A DNA stretch of 64,000 nucleotides from Heterodontus francisci (lineage: Eukaryota). The notes under the pieces were generated by a model. The model was not told the origin of the DNA, ran no database searches, and was given only the letters and a program-made list of their open reading frames with translations. Below are positions 34,797-46,429 of this stretch, one piece after another. The DNA is taken from assembly GCF_036365525.1 (NCBI RefSeq), contig NC_090372.1, positions 204,886,298-204,950,297 of the forward strand. Reading direction: 5' to 3'. Positions within the stretch are counted from its first letter, which is position 1, and each line of letters opens with the position of its first letter. The position numbers and the translations under genes were made by a program.

Positions 34797-35386
34797 GGGC
34801 TGAATTTGATCCATCCCCGAGGCAGGTTCGGAGGCAGGGGTGTCCTATAGAATTGCGATGGGAGGTGGGGGGCGAGGAGGGCGGAGGGTCTGTCGCCTTC
34901 CCATCGCAGTGCAATTTTTTCATAGGCAGGATAGGGGAGGTCACCTAGTAAAATGAGGCAACCTTCCTGCAGGCTTGAGGGGGGGCCCTCTTCTGTGGGT
35001 AATCTGTGGCCCATGGACTGCACCCGACACGAAAACCTGCACCTCCCTGAACCCCCTCCCTTTGTACTAAACGCCCACCCTCCCCAGGGCCTGCTGGTCC
35101 GGTCTTGGTGACCCTGCCTCACTTACCTTGTGTCTGGGCTTCAGTGCTGGGCCTGGGTCCAAAGCCTCTTGTAGTACCGGCAGTGGCCACTGCTCCCGGT
35201 GGCACTGCTGATACTGCTGAGTTGCCGGCCCTGTGATTGGCCAGCAGCACTTTGAAGCGGGATCCCCGTCTTTAAAGAATCGGGGATCCAGGCGCCGGGT
35301 GTTAATTGGCCCAGCACCGTAGAATAGCTCCGAGGGGTCTCTAGCCGGCCGAGGTGGGAGCCCGCCATGGGCACAACACTCAGCCC
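34797..35386. mobile_element. Harbinger-type MITE inserted in a CR1 tail
   Basis: GGGCTGA / TCAGCCC termini with a 3-bp ATA duplication on both sides; core shared with the 28783 copy. Confidence 0.75.
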
Positions 35387-36157
35387 ATAGAGTCATTAGG
35401 GCACAGAAGGAGGCCATTCAGCCCATTGAGTCCATGCCAGCTCTCTGTAAAGCAATCCAGTCAGTCCCATTCCCCCACTCTATCCCTGTAGCCCTGCAAA
35501 TGTTTTCCCCTCAAGTGCCACCCTCATAGGCAGTGAGTTCCAGGGCATTACACCTCGCTGCGTAAAAAAAGTTCTTCCTCATATTCCCCGTGCATCTCTT
35601 GCCCAAAACCTTAAATCTGTGTCCCCTAGTTCTTGTATCATCAGCTAATGGGAATAGTTTTTCTTTGTCTACCGTATCTAAGCCTGTCATAATCTTGTCC
35701 ACCTCTATCAAATCTCCCCTCAATCTCCTTTGCTCCAGGGAGAACAACCTCAGCTTTTCCAACTTAACCTTGTAACTAAAATCCTCCATCCCTGGAACCA
35801 TTCTGCACCCTCTCAAGGACCTACACATCCTTCCTAAAGTGTGGTGTCCAGAACTGGATGCAATTGTCTGGTTGTGGCCTAACCAGAGCTTTATAAAGGT
35901 TCAGCATAGCTTCCCTGCTTTTGTACTCAATGCCTGCATTTATGAAGCCCACCATCCCATATGCTTTGCTAATCACTCTCTCTATATGTCCTGCCACCTT
36001 CAAGGGTCTGTGCACATGAGCCCCCAGGTCCCTCTGTTCCTGCACACTCTTTCAAACTGCGTCATTAAGTCGAGATTGCCTGTCCATATCCCTGCTGCCA
36101 AAATGCATTACCTCACACTTCTCTGTATTGAATTCCATCAGCCACTTGTCTGCCTAT
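35387..36157 (-). mobile_element. 5'-truncated CR1
   Basis: ORFs 35511-35828 and 35821-36045. Confidence 0.9.
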
Positions 36158-36258
36158 TGTTACGACCAAGGTGGGACTAATGTACTGTTAATTCAGTCCC
36201 ACCACTCCACCGATCATAGCATATTCGTAAAGCTTCCCACCTACTGGAAATTAGCCTT
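36158..36258. mobile_element. Fragment of the same LTR terminus as 18638
   Basis: TGTTACGACCAAGGTGGGACTAATGTACTGTTAATTCAGTCC aligns with TGTTGCGACCGAGGTGGGAGTAATGCATTGTTAATTCAGTCC. Confidence 0.8.
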
Positions 36259-36259
36259 T

Positions 36260-37800
36260 CCAGTACATCGTTCCTATTAATTTCTACCTCATTACCTCTA
36301 CCGCTTCTCTTGTTTAGTAAACACCGATACAAAGTACACATAAAGTGTTCTAGCCTTGCCTTGTGCCTCTAAGCATATATCACCCTCTTTGTCCCTAATG
36401 GGCCCCAACCAGCTTTTTACTACTTGCTTACTATTAACATGCCGGTAGAAGATTTCTGGGTTCCCTTTTATGTTAACTGCCTCCTTCTCCTTCTCCAAAA
36501 TCATGAGAGGTATAGACAGGTTGGATAGCAAGAAGCTTTTTCCCAGGGTGGGGGATTCAATTACTAGGGGTCACGAGTTCAAAGTGAGAGGGGAAAAGTT
36601 TAGGGGGGATATGCGTGGAAAGTTCTTTATGCAGAGGGTGGTGGGTGCCTGGAACGCGTTGCCAGCAGAGGTGGTAGACGCGGGCACGATAGCGTCTTTT
36701 AAGATGTATCTAGACAGATACATGAATGGGCAGGAAGTAAAGAGATACAGACCCTTAGAAAATAGGCGTCATGTTTAGATAGAGGATCTGGATCGGCGCA
36801 GGCTTGGAGGGCCGAAGGGCCTGTTCCTGTGCTGTAATTTTCTTTGTTCTTTGTTTCTCCCTTTACTTCCCCTCTCAACTTATTGCTTTTGGCCTGGTTG
36901 TCACTTGAAGAATTCACCTGACATGCATGGTACACCTTTTTTTGGCTGTGGTTCCTTTACCTTTCTCCCTTATTGGAATGTACCTAGCTTGTACCTGAAC
37001 CATATATTCCTTAAAGATCACCCATTGTTCCAATACAGATTTGTTCTGTCAAACTTTGGCCCTATTTTACTCTGGCAAGATCCCTTCTCATCCTATTGAA
37101 GTTAGCCCTCTTCCAATTTAGAAGTTCTGCTTTAGATTGTTCCTTGCTCTTCTCCACAATTAATCTAAAGTTCATGATATAATGATCACTCTTACCCAAG
37201 TGTTCCTCACAGAGACTTAGTCCATTTGACCCACCTCATTCCCCTGCATCAGATCCAGCAATACCTCCTTTCTGGTTGGGTCGAGAACAGACTGGTCAAG
37301 GAGGTTCTTCTGAATGCATTTCAGAAATTCCTCTCCCTCCTTTCCCTTTACTGGAACAATATCCCAATCAATATTTGGGTAATTAAAATTCCCCAGTATC
37401 ACCACGTTATACTTCTTGCACACCTCTGTGATTTCTTTGCAGATTTGCTCCTTTATCTCTCTCTCACTATTTGGAGGCCTATAGAATAACCCTAGCAGTG
37501 TGATTATTCCCTTGTTGCTTCTCAACTCTAACCAAATGGATTCTGTCCTTGCCCCCTTCAAGGACATCCTCTCTTTCCAACATTACAATGTCTTCCCTAA
37601 TCAGCACTGCCATCCCACTGCCCTTTTTCCCTTCTCTATCTTTTCTGAACATTTAGTATCTTTGAATATTAAGTGCCCAGTCCTCACCATTTTTAAACCA
37701 CGTTTCCGTTATTGCCACTACTTCAGATTCCCACACATGGCTATTTGTGCTTGTAGCTCACCAACCTTATTCACCGCACTAGGTGCGTTTACATTCATAT
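36260..37800 (-). mobile_element. CR1 ORF2 5' region (APE endonuclease), split by a younger CR1
   Basis: ESIWLEL..FYRPPNS..LGNFNYPNIDW (ORF 37217-37567); ORF 36298-36531. Confidence 0.85.
36497..36853 (+). mobile_element. Young CR1 3' end (ENRRHV subfamily)
   Basis: Near-identical to 23858-24215; TTCTTTG tail. Confidence 0.95.
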
Positions 37801-38764
37801 CTAGTTATATATTTACCATAGACATGCTGAACACCGTGGTCAGACAAACTAACAAAAAGATTTCAAGAATCATTCAAGTTTGAGGAAGATGCTGAATAGA
37901 GGTTCTCAATTATACTTAAAGAACTAAACTTAATTCTGTTAAAATGACGATTTTAAAAATAGCATTTCTTTTCTTTGAATCTCTTACCACTGTGGGAGCT
38001 GAATGAACCTAAACTGTTTGTTGGAAGTTCAAACTGACTTTTTATTCTCTCTCTGTCTTTCAGGAATTTCTAACTGATTGCTTCTCCTCTGAGATTATCA
38101 AACAGCCTCTTTGATTTTGACGAACGGCTCCTTTTGTAAGAGTTACTGGGACTTCCTGCATTTTAAATATTGAACCTTTCAAATTTTAAAATGGAGCTAT
38201 CAGTCATATGTAAATAGAATCAATCTCGCAGCATTGCTCAAGTTCGACTTATTATCAGCTCCAGTCTACAGTCAGTGCAACATTCAGCATTGCATCAATA
38301 TAGGTTCTGTATAGGAATCCGATCTGAAGTCCTTTTTATAAGCAGCTTAACTACTGTGATTGGGCTTAAAGGAACAGCCACGAAAGAAAAACAAGATGTC
38401 AATGCCGAATTTATGCTGCAAGAATAAAGGAGGTACTGAAAGGTGGAATATTAATGGTCAATGCTGCATTTAAAATTGAAAGAGAAACCAGCAAAAATTG
38501 AGATAATAACATGCTTCAGTTTTATATTAAACAGGGCGGAAAAATGAAAGGAAGAAATTGCATTTCTATAGCATTTTCCACAACCTCAGGGCATCCCAAA
38601 GTGCTTCACAGCCAATGAAATACTTTTGAACTGTGGGCTGTGGTTTAATGATAAGAAATATTCTGGGCAAAACAATCAACTTTAATGGATGTTTTAAACA
38701 GGTGCCAATCACACACCCTCCACTGATGGAAAGGGAAATTAGGAAAAGACAATCTGGGGGTAAA

Positions 38765-38945
38765 AGTCATGCTTCAGCTATACAAAGCCCTGGTTAGACC
38801 ACAAGTGGAGTACCGTGAGCAGTTCTGGGCACCACAGCTTAGGGAGAAAGTATTGGCTTGGGAGGGAGTGCAGTGTAGGTCTACCAAAATGATACCTGGA
38901 CTCCAAGGGTTAAATTACAAGTGGAGATTGCACAAACTAGAGTTG
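38765..38945 (+). mobile_element. CR1 fragment
   Basis: MLQLYKALVRPQVEY..QFWAP. Confidence 0.8.
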
Positions 38946-38946
38946 G

Positions 38947-39895
38947 TTTTTTTTTATTCATTCATGGGATGTGGGCGACGCTGGCCAGGCCAGCATTTAT
39001 TGCCTATCCCTAATTGCCCTTGAGAAGGTGGTGGTGAGCTGCCTTCTCGAACCGCTGCAGTCCATTTGGGGTAGGTATACCCACAGTGCTGTTAGGATTT
39101 TAACCCAGCGACAGTGAAGGAACGGCGATATAGTTCCAAGTCAGGATGGCGTGTGACTTGGAGGGGAACTTGCAGGTGGTGGGGTTCCCATGTATTTGCT
39201 GCCCTCGTCCTTCTAGTTGGTAGAGGTCACGGGTTTGGAAGGTGCTGTCGAAGGAGCCTTGGTGCATTGCTGCAGTGCATCTTGTAGATGGTACACACTG
39301 CTGCCACTGTGTGTCGGTGGTGGAGGGAGTGAATGTTTGTAGATGGGGTTCCATTCTAGCGGGCTGCTTTTTCCTGGATGGTGTCGAGCTTCTTGAGTGT
39401 TGTTGGAGCTGCACCCATTCAGGCAAGTGGAGAGTATTCCATCACACTCCTGACTTGTGCCTTGTAGATGATGGACAGGCTTTGGGGAGTCAGGAAGTGA
39501 GTTACTCACCTCAGGATTCCTAGCCTCTGACCTGCTCTTGTAGCCATGGTATTTATATGGCTACTCCAGTTTAGTTTCTGGTCAATGATAACCCCTAGAA
39601 TGTTGATAGTGGGGGATTCAGAGATGGTAATGCTGTTGAATGTCAAGGCGAGATGGTTAGATTCTCTCTTGTTGGTCATTGCCTGGCACTTGTGTGGCGC
39701 GAATGTTACTTGCCATTTATCAGCCCAAGCCTGGATATTGTCCAGGTCTTGCTGCATTTCTACACGGACTGCTTCAGTATCTGAGGAGTCACGAATGGTG
39801 CTGAACATTGTGCAATCATCAGCGAACATCCCCACTTCTGACCTTATGATTGAAGGAAGGTCATTGATGAAGCAGCTGAAGGTGGTTGGACCTAT
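38947..39895 (-). mobile_element. Family-B LINE, RT to 3' end
   Basis: GMFADDCTMFS..WADKWQVTFAPHKC (ORF 39506-39835); A-rich tail at ~38947. Confidence 0.9.
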
Positions 39896-40180
39896 TCCCT
39901 AGAATTTAGTCATAGAGTCATAAAGTTGTTTATGGCACAGAAGGGGGCCATTCGGCCCTTCGAGTCCATGCCAGCTCTCCACGAAGCAATCCCGTCAGTC
40001 CCACTTTCCCATTCGATTTCCATAGCCCTGCAAGTCTGTTTCCTTCAAGTGGCCATCCAATTTCCCTTTGAAGTCATTGATTGTCTCCACTTCCACCACC
40101 ACCCTTGCGGGCAGCGAGTTCTACATCTGCTGCATAAAAAAAGTTCTTCCTCACATTCCCCCTGCATCTCTTGCCTAAAA

Positions 40181-40390
40181 CCTCCCACAGCCAAAGACTT
40201 GCAGGTCGATAGGTAAATTGGCCCTTATAAATTGCCCCTAGTATAGGTAGGTGGTAGGGGAATATAAGGAAGATGGGGATGTGGTAGGAATATGGGATTA
40301 GTGTAGGATTAGTATAAATGGGTGGTTGATGATCGGCACAGACTTGGTGGGCCGAAGGGCCTGTTTCAGTGCTGTATCTCTATAAAAAAA
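40181..40390 (+). mobile_element. 5'-truncated HE1-type SINE
   Basis: Matches 17698-17890, with GGGCCGAAGGGCCTGTTTCAGTGCTGTAT tail. Confidence 0.85.
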
Positions 40391-41339
40391 AATGGCAATT
40401 GATGCTTGATCAATTGTTAATTTTAAATTTGGGGTTGATAGATTTTTGTTAATCAAAGTATTAAGGGATATGGGGCAAAGTCCAGTCTGCGGAGTTAGAT
40501 CACAGATCAGCCATGAATGCATTGAATGGCGGAACAGGTTTGAAGGACAAAATGGCCTGCACCTGTTCCTAGGTTCCTTTCAAACATGCAGCTAAGCTGC
40601 TACCACCATGGTTAACATCTCCATTGAGTTCAAAGTTCACCAGTCCTGTGCTCCCAGCGGGTAGCTGTGGTTGAGTGGAGAATTGCTCAGAGAATCACAT
40701 TGAATTGGCCCTTTAGCATCTTTAGAAAGATGCCTACCTTTCTAGTCATGACAGTCTGCCCATCTGATATTTCAGCTGGCCTTGAAGAAAACACCCACAT
40801 GGCTGAATCAAAGGCATTGTTTTAATCATACCCAGCTGTCTCCTGTGCCTGATTATGAGTGAGGAAAAAAGGTTCACATACTTAAAAAACACTAAGAGCC
40901 GTTAAAACACAACACAGAGTGTTTGTGTGAAGGACAAACTCCTCAAATCGTAAGAGCAAATTGCCTTGTCTCTCGTGTCAGATGCTCTAATGTAAGTCAG
41001 TATCGTGTAAAATAACATTCAATGTAATATTAAATTAAGTCGGCATGCAAGGCCCAGTAACTTTGTGATGCAGCCCTGAGTTTGGTGCGATATGACATTT
41101 TCATATTTGTGCTGTATGATTGCTTCGTGACAAAACCACTAGTGCGTTCAGATCCAATTCCACCTCGGCCAAAATGCACATTGCTACGGATAAAAAGTTT
41201 AAAGTACCTTTTCAATTTCGATTCAGATAAGACAATCCAGCTGCTTCGAAGAGTCGGCGAGTGACCTTCTGACTCGGGTGAAGCAGTCGCAGATGGAATC
41301 ACTTTTGGCCAATAGAACCAAGAGCTCCTAAAACTGTTG

Positions 41340-41660
41340 GCTGTTCCATTCACCCATTATCCCTGTGCTTGCTGACCCATATTGGCATCTAGCCTGGCAA
41401 TGCCCTGATTTTAAAATTCGCATCCTTGATTTCAAATGCCTCCATTGCCCTTTCCCCTCCCTATCTCTGTAATGTTCTCCAGTCCCACAGGCCTCTAAGA
41501 TATCTACGCTTCTCCAATTCTGGCCACTCACACATCGTCAATTTTAATTGCTCCACTATTGGTGGCCGTGCCTTCAGCTGCCTAGGCCAAAGGCTCCGGA
41601 ATTCCCTCCCTAAACCTCTCCCCTTCTCTCCCTCTCCCTTCTTCTTTAAGTCACTCCTTA
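41340..41660 (+). mobile_element. L2 LINE ORF2 C-terminal fragment
   Basis: PVLAD..W, FKI, PPYLCN..LR..GGRAFSCLG..NSLP motifs. Confidence 0.8.
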
Positions 41661-42229
41661 AAATGGGCCAAATGGCCTCCTTCTGTGCTGTAAGATTCTA
41701 TGAGTAGGGTTTCCTCTCTTTGGTTAAGCACAAAGCTGAACAGAGATTTCATTCCACATGTAAACCTGACCTGATCCTACTTTTCTTTGAGAAACGCCCA
41801 GCAATAACATCAATCGTCTCCAGCGTTAGCCATCTACGGTGTCTGCCAAGGCTAGGTTTCTTAAGTATGGTGGCTTGGCAGCTCTCACAACAGAGTGTTG
41901 GATCTTCATTCAAGAGGCTACAGGTCTCAGCCTTAGCCTGAAGCCACACTCGAAACGTTCATTCATCAGTTCTCAATTCAGCTGCCTGTTGGAATCTCAC
42001 TGAAGCAGCATATACCAGCTCACCCAGTGTTGTGGTTAGTAAAATTGTACCCTTTGCCAGCCTCTTCTCAGTGCTAGCACTCAGTCCTTAGATTAAGCCA
42101 CACTCCAAAGTCTTGAGAGCCTCATTGAAGCTGACTCTTCAGAGCCGAGAGATTTCTGTTAAGCCCTCCAGGAAGGCCATCACCGACTTATGTGCTGTGC
42201 TACAGGATAAGTTGTGACCTATGGGATTT

Positions 42230-43100
42230 GGGGGTCACGCCATGCCAGTGGCACTGAAGATCTGGTGGCACTAAACATTTACGCATCTGGATCATTCTAA
42301 GGATCCACTGGGCATATGTGTGGGGTCTGTCAGGCAGCAGTCCACTGCTGCATCAAGGAGGTGTCCAATGCCCTGCTCAACAGAGCCAGCGACTATGTGC
42401 ACTACCGGACTGACCCTGCCATTGGATTCGGGGCCAGTGCTGGATTTCCTTGGTGCAAGGTGTGGTAGATTGTACGCATGTGGCCATCAAGGCCCCCATG
42501 GACCAGCCAGCCACCTACATCAACAGGAAGGGCATTCATTCCATCAATGTGCAACTGGTCTGCAACCACTGAAATCATTTCCTGTGTGTGTGTGCCCACT
42601 TCCTGGGAAGCAGCCATGACGCCTACATACTTTAACAGTCCCAGATGCCACATCTTTTCAGGACTCCCGCTCGCCTTCAGGATGGATTGTCAGGGACAAG
42701 GGCTACTCATTGAAGACATAGCTACTGATACCTGTGAGGAACCTTCACAATGTAGTAGAGGAGAGGTACAACACTTGTCACTGCTCCACCCGAGCGACCA
42801 TCAACCAGCCCATTGGGCTGCTGTAGATGAGATTCCGATGCCTCGATCGATCTGGTGGAGGCCTGCAGTATGTCCCGGCGAGTGTTTCGTGTATCATAGT
42901 TCTCTGCTGTGTTCTGCACAATCTAGCACTACAAAAGGGGGGAGGCTTTGCATGACGAGGGCATGACTGATTGACACTCCTCCACCGATGAGGGGGACAT
43001 GGAGGAGGGAGATAAGCAAGAAGCCCTTGCATCGGACGCTAGACACATTGAGCGACAGGCCAAGGATGCAAGAAACAATCTCATACTTACCCACTTCCAG
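42230..43100 (+). pseudogene. Harbinger (HARBI1-like) DDE transposase, disrupted
   Basis: Manual translation: [66 protein letters not shown]; several stops. Confidence 0.9.
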
Positions 43101-43429
43101 CCGCCCTGGGCGACTCAGAGAAAACCAATAAAGACTCCCCTCAATGCATGCAGTCTGTTATCTCCTTTCTATTTGTCTTGCGTGCCTAGTGCCCAGCTGA
43201 ATCACATGCTAGTGCCCATGGGTGACCCTATTCAAATGATGGCTGTGCCTATATTCGTGTCCAATAAGGGGAAGGGTGAAGTCAGCAGCTCACAACTAAT
43301 GCATGATAGAATAATCACTTTTACACAACAAAAGAACTTTATATGATGAAGCAAATGTCGAATTTCAAACATCCAAGAACCCCCAAATGTCTCTAGGTGG
43401 TTTCCTTTGTACGTTTTCGAGTAGTTCTC

Positions 43430-44760
43430 ACATGCCTGAGCCATGGCAGCACTCATGACATGGACGGATTCCTCCATTGTCCACTCATGGCTGTGCATTG
43501 CCCCTGGCACCTCCAGATGTTGTGTTACCTCTCTTTGCAACGGAGGCATGCCCTGTGCTGTCGACACCAGAGAATCGACATCATCCTGGGGCTCAGCATT
43601 GGCCCGGCCACCCACAATCCTCCAACTGTCAGGGGCCTCGGCTGTCTCAGCCTCAGCCAGCTGCTCTGGTGCGTCTGCAGTTCTCTCACCAGCTTGTGAC
43701 CCTGATTCTAAAGCTGAACGGAAACCCACCAAGGTGAAAGTATCTGCGTTGGTGGAAGGTGCAGGAGAGCCATGGGATGATGCTTCCTCTGACTGCAGAT
43801 CCTCCACAGAGGTGGATGGATGACCCCCTTCTGCTCGAGCCTCCTGCGGACGCCAACCTGCATGAAAGAATACCAACATAGAGTCATAGAGTCATTAATG
43901 ACACAGAAGGAGGCCATTTGACCCATCAAGTCCATGCCAGCTCTCTACAGAATTATGCAGTCACTCCCACTCCCTGGCTCAATCCCCCAACCCCTGCAAG
44001 TCTATTTCTATGGAGATGTGTGTGTTAGTCTGGGCAGATTTTGTCATGCCAACCATGCGTGATGTGGGTCTCCAGAAGTGAATTCCTGCATGGAGACTCA
44101 AGTCTCCCCATCAGATCTGGAGCAGCTGCCTGAGTCTCCGCTAATTCTAGTGTCTTCTCCTCAGCTGTGGAGAGAGGCTGAAGATCTGGGATGCCTCCGC
44201 CAGTCCGGGATGTCTCCCTCCTGTTATGGGCCCTCTTGTCTTGAAAGTGGAAAGAGGGAGATTGTCATACTTACAGAGACATCAACATCTCACTTCTGCT
44301 AGTGTCAGCCCCTCGTCCCATACTGGGGTTTCCTCTACAGCTCATGCTCCTGTCTGCTCTCAGAGGAGTTAATGCTGGTGATCTGTGAAAGAAGGTGGCC
44401 TATGGCTGAGATGCAGCCATGTATCTGTCAGGATGAGGTGATGCTTAACACCCTCTGCCAGAGAGGCTGTAGTGCCTCCCTCCCATGTCCGACTTCCTCC
44501 TGTGTAGTCACTTCCAATTCCTAAAAAGGAGGGAGCTATGGAGCAATCACCTTGGCAGAACAAAGGTGGTTGTTGACCCTCTTGCGGCACTGCAACCACG
44601 TCCGGGGGGGATGACCCCATGGCTACTTACCTCCTCTGTGATCTCCATCCTAGCTTGGTCAAGTGGGAGGACCTCTTCTTGCCATCTTGCAGCCTGGAGG
44701 AGAATCTCGATGGAGGCATCACTGAACTGTGGTGTCTTGCACCTGACATTCTGTCTTGAC
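43430..44760 (-). pseudogene. Harbinger Myb/SANT-like DNA-binding protein gene, spliced and disrupted
   Basis: PQFSDASIEILLQAA..EITEEVSSHGV..RTWLQCRKRVN at ~44560-44740; minus-strand GTAAGT donor ~44274, TTCTTTCATGCAG acceptor ~43859, GTGAG donor ~43431. Confidence 0.7.
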
Positions 44761-44792
44761 TTCTGGAGCGCTCCTGGCCTTTTGAGGCCTTG

Positions 44793-46021
44793 GTCAGCAG
44801 TACAGAAAACAGAGATTCCAGGCAGAGGGGGTCAGCAGCACAGCAATACAACAGCACAGGGGGTCAGCAGTACAGCAGCACAGGGATTCCAGGCAGAGGG
44901 GGTCAGCAGCACAGCAGTACAGCAGTACAGGGAGTCAGCAGTACAGCAGCACAGGGGGTCAGCAGTACAGCAGTACAGGGAGTCAGCAGTACAGCAGCAC
45001 AGGGGGTCAGCAGTACAGCAGCACAGGGAGTCAGCAGTACAGCAGCACAGGGGGTCAGCAGTACAGCAGCACAGGGGGTCAGCAGTACAACAGCACAGGG
45101 AGTCAGCAGTACAGCAGTACAGGGTGTCACCAGTACAGCAGCACAGGGGGTCAGCAGTACAGCAGCACAGGGAGTCAGCAGTACAGCAGTACAGGGAGTC
45201 AGCAGTACAGCAGCACAGGGAGTCAGCAGTACAGCAATACAGGGAGTCAGCAGTACAGCAGCACAGGGAGTCAGCAGTACAGCAGTACAGGGAGTCAGCA
45301 GTACAGCAGCACAGGGAGTCAGCAGTACAGCAGTACAGGGAGTCAGCAGTACAGCAGCACAGGGAGTCAGCAGTACAGCAGCACAGGGAGTCAGCAGTAC
45401 AGGGGGTCAGCAGCACAGCAGTACAGAAACACAGGGGGTCAGCAGTACAACAGCACAGGGAGTCAGCAGTACAGCAGTACAAGGAGTCAGCAGTACAGCA
45501 GCACAGGGAGTCAGCAGTACAGCAGTACAGGGGGTCAGCAGCACAGCAGTACAGAAACACAGGGGGTCAGCAGTACAACAGCACAGGGGGTCAGCAGTAC
45601 AGCAGCACAGGGAGTCAGCAGTACAGCAGTACAGGGATTCCAGGCAGAGGGGGGTCAGCAGTACAGCAGTACAGAAACACAGGGGGTCAGCAGCACAGCA
45701 GTACAGAAACACAGGGGGTCAGCAGTACAGCAGCACAGGGAGTCAGCAGTACAGCAGTACAGGGAGTCAGCAGTACAGCAGCACAGGGAGTCAGCAGTAC
45801 AGCAGCACAGGGAGTCAGCAGTACAGCAGTACAGGGAGTCAGCAGTACAGCAGCACAGGGAGTCAGCATTACAGCACACTGGGATTCCAGGCAGAGGGGG
45901 TCAGCAGCACAGCAGCACAGGGAGTCAGCAGTACAGCAGTACAGGGAGTCAGCAGTACAGCAGCACAGGGGGTCAGCAGTACAACAGCACAGGGGGTCAG
46001 CAGTACAGCAGTACAGCAGTA
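44793..46021. repeat. 24-bp minisatellite CAGCAGTACAGCAGCACAGGG(A/G)GT
   Basis: About 45-50 variant units, with occasional GATTCCAGGCAGAGGGG interruptions; explains the 8-aa-repeat ORFs. Confidence 0.95.
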
Positions 46022-46429
46022 GAGGGTCTCCATCCAGGCAGGGGGGAGGGGAGGTGTGTGGGGGTGTGGTGGTCAGCAGTGCAGCAGCAGCAAAGTCAGT
46101 GAAGCAGCAGTTTAAAGAGGGCTGGCAGTGCATTAAAGACGGAACCAGCATCTCTGACAACGCTATTGACGCCTCGACACCTGCCCCATCACGTAATTGG
46201 ACAGGCCCCTTCCCTCCAATATGATAATTGGCCACCCGTCAAGTAGTTACGGTAGGCCAACTGCACACATTACGAGGTGGCAACGGCGCCCACTTCTGGG
46301 TCTGCTGCCGGGACCCTTGATGGATTGACTAAATTCAGCCCAATAATTTGTCCCAAACTTTTTCTTTACTGATATTAATTGATTTAAATTTCTCACTCTC
46401 ATTAAACCATTGATACCCTACACTTAGAA

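Larger units (their letters stand above)
42190..46341. mobile_element. Decayed autonomous PIF/Harbinger DNA transposon (left end lost)
   Basis: Convergent transposase (+) and Myb/SANT gene (-); right terminus AAATTCAGCCC resembles the MITE TIRs. Confidence 0.8.

Noticed and set aside
42230-43100. Domesticated HARBI1 gene
   Set aside because: Multiple stops and frameshifts, with an adjacent Myb gene and TIR: a dead transposon.
43232-43879. 215-aa ORF as a host gene
   Set aside because: It matches an internal low-complexity exon of the Harbinger Myb gene plus intron read-through.
44485-46235. Long ORFs (579, 410, 242, 182 aa) as Gln- or Cys-rich host proteins
   Set aside because: They are by-products of a stop-free 24-bp minisatellite, open on both strands inside a transposon.
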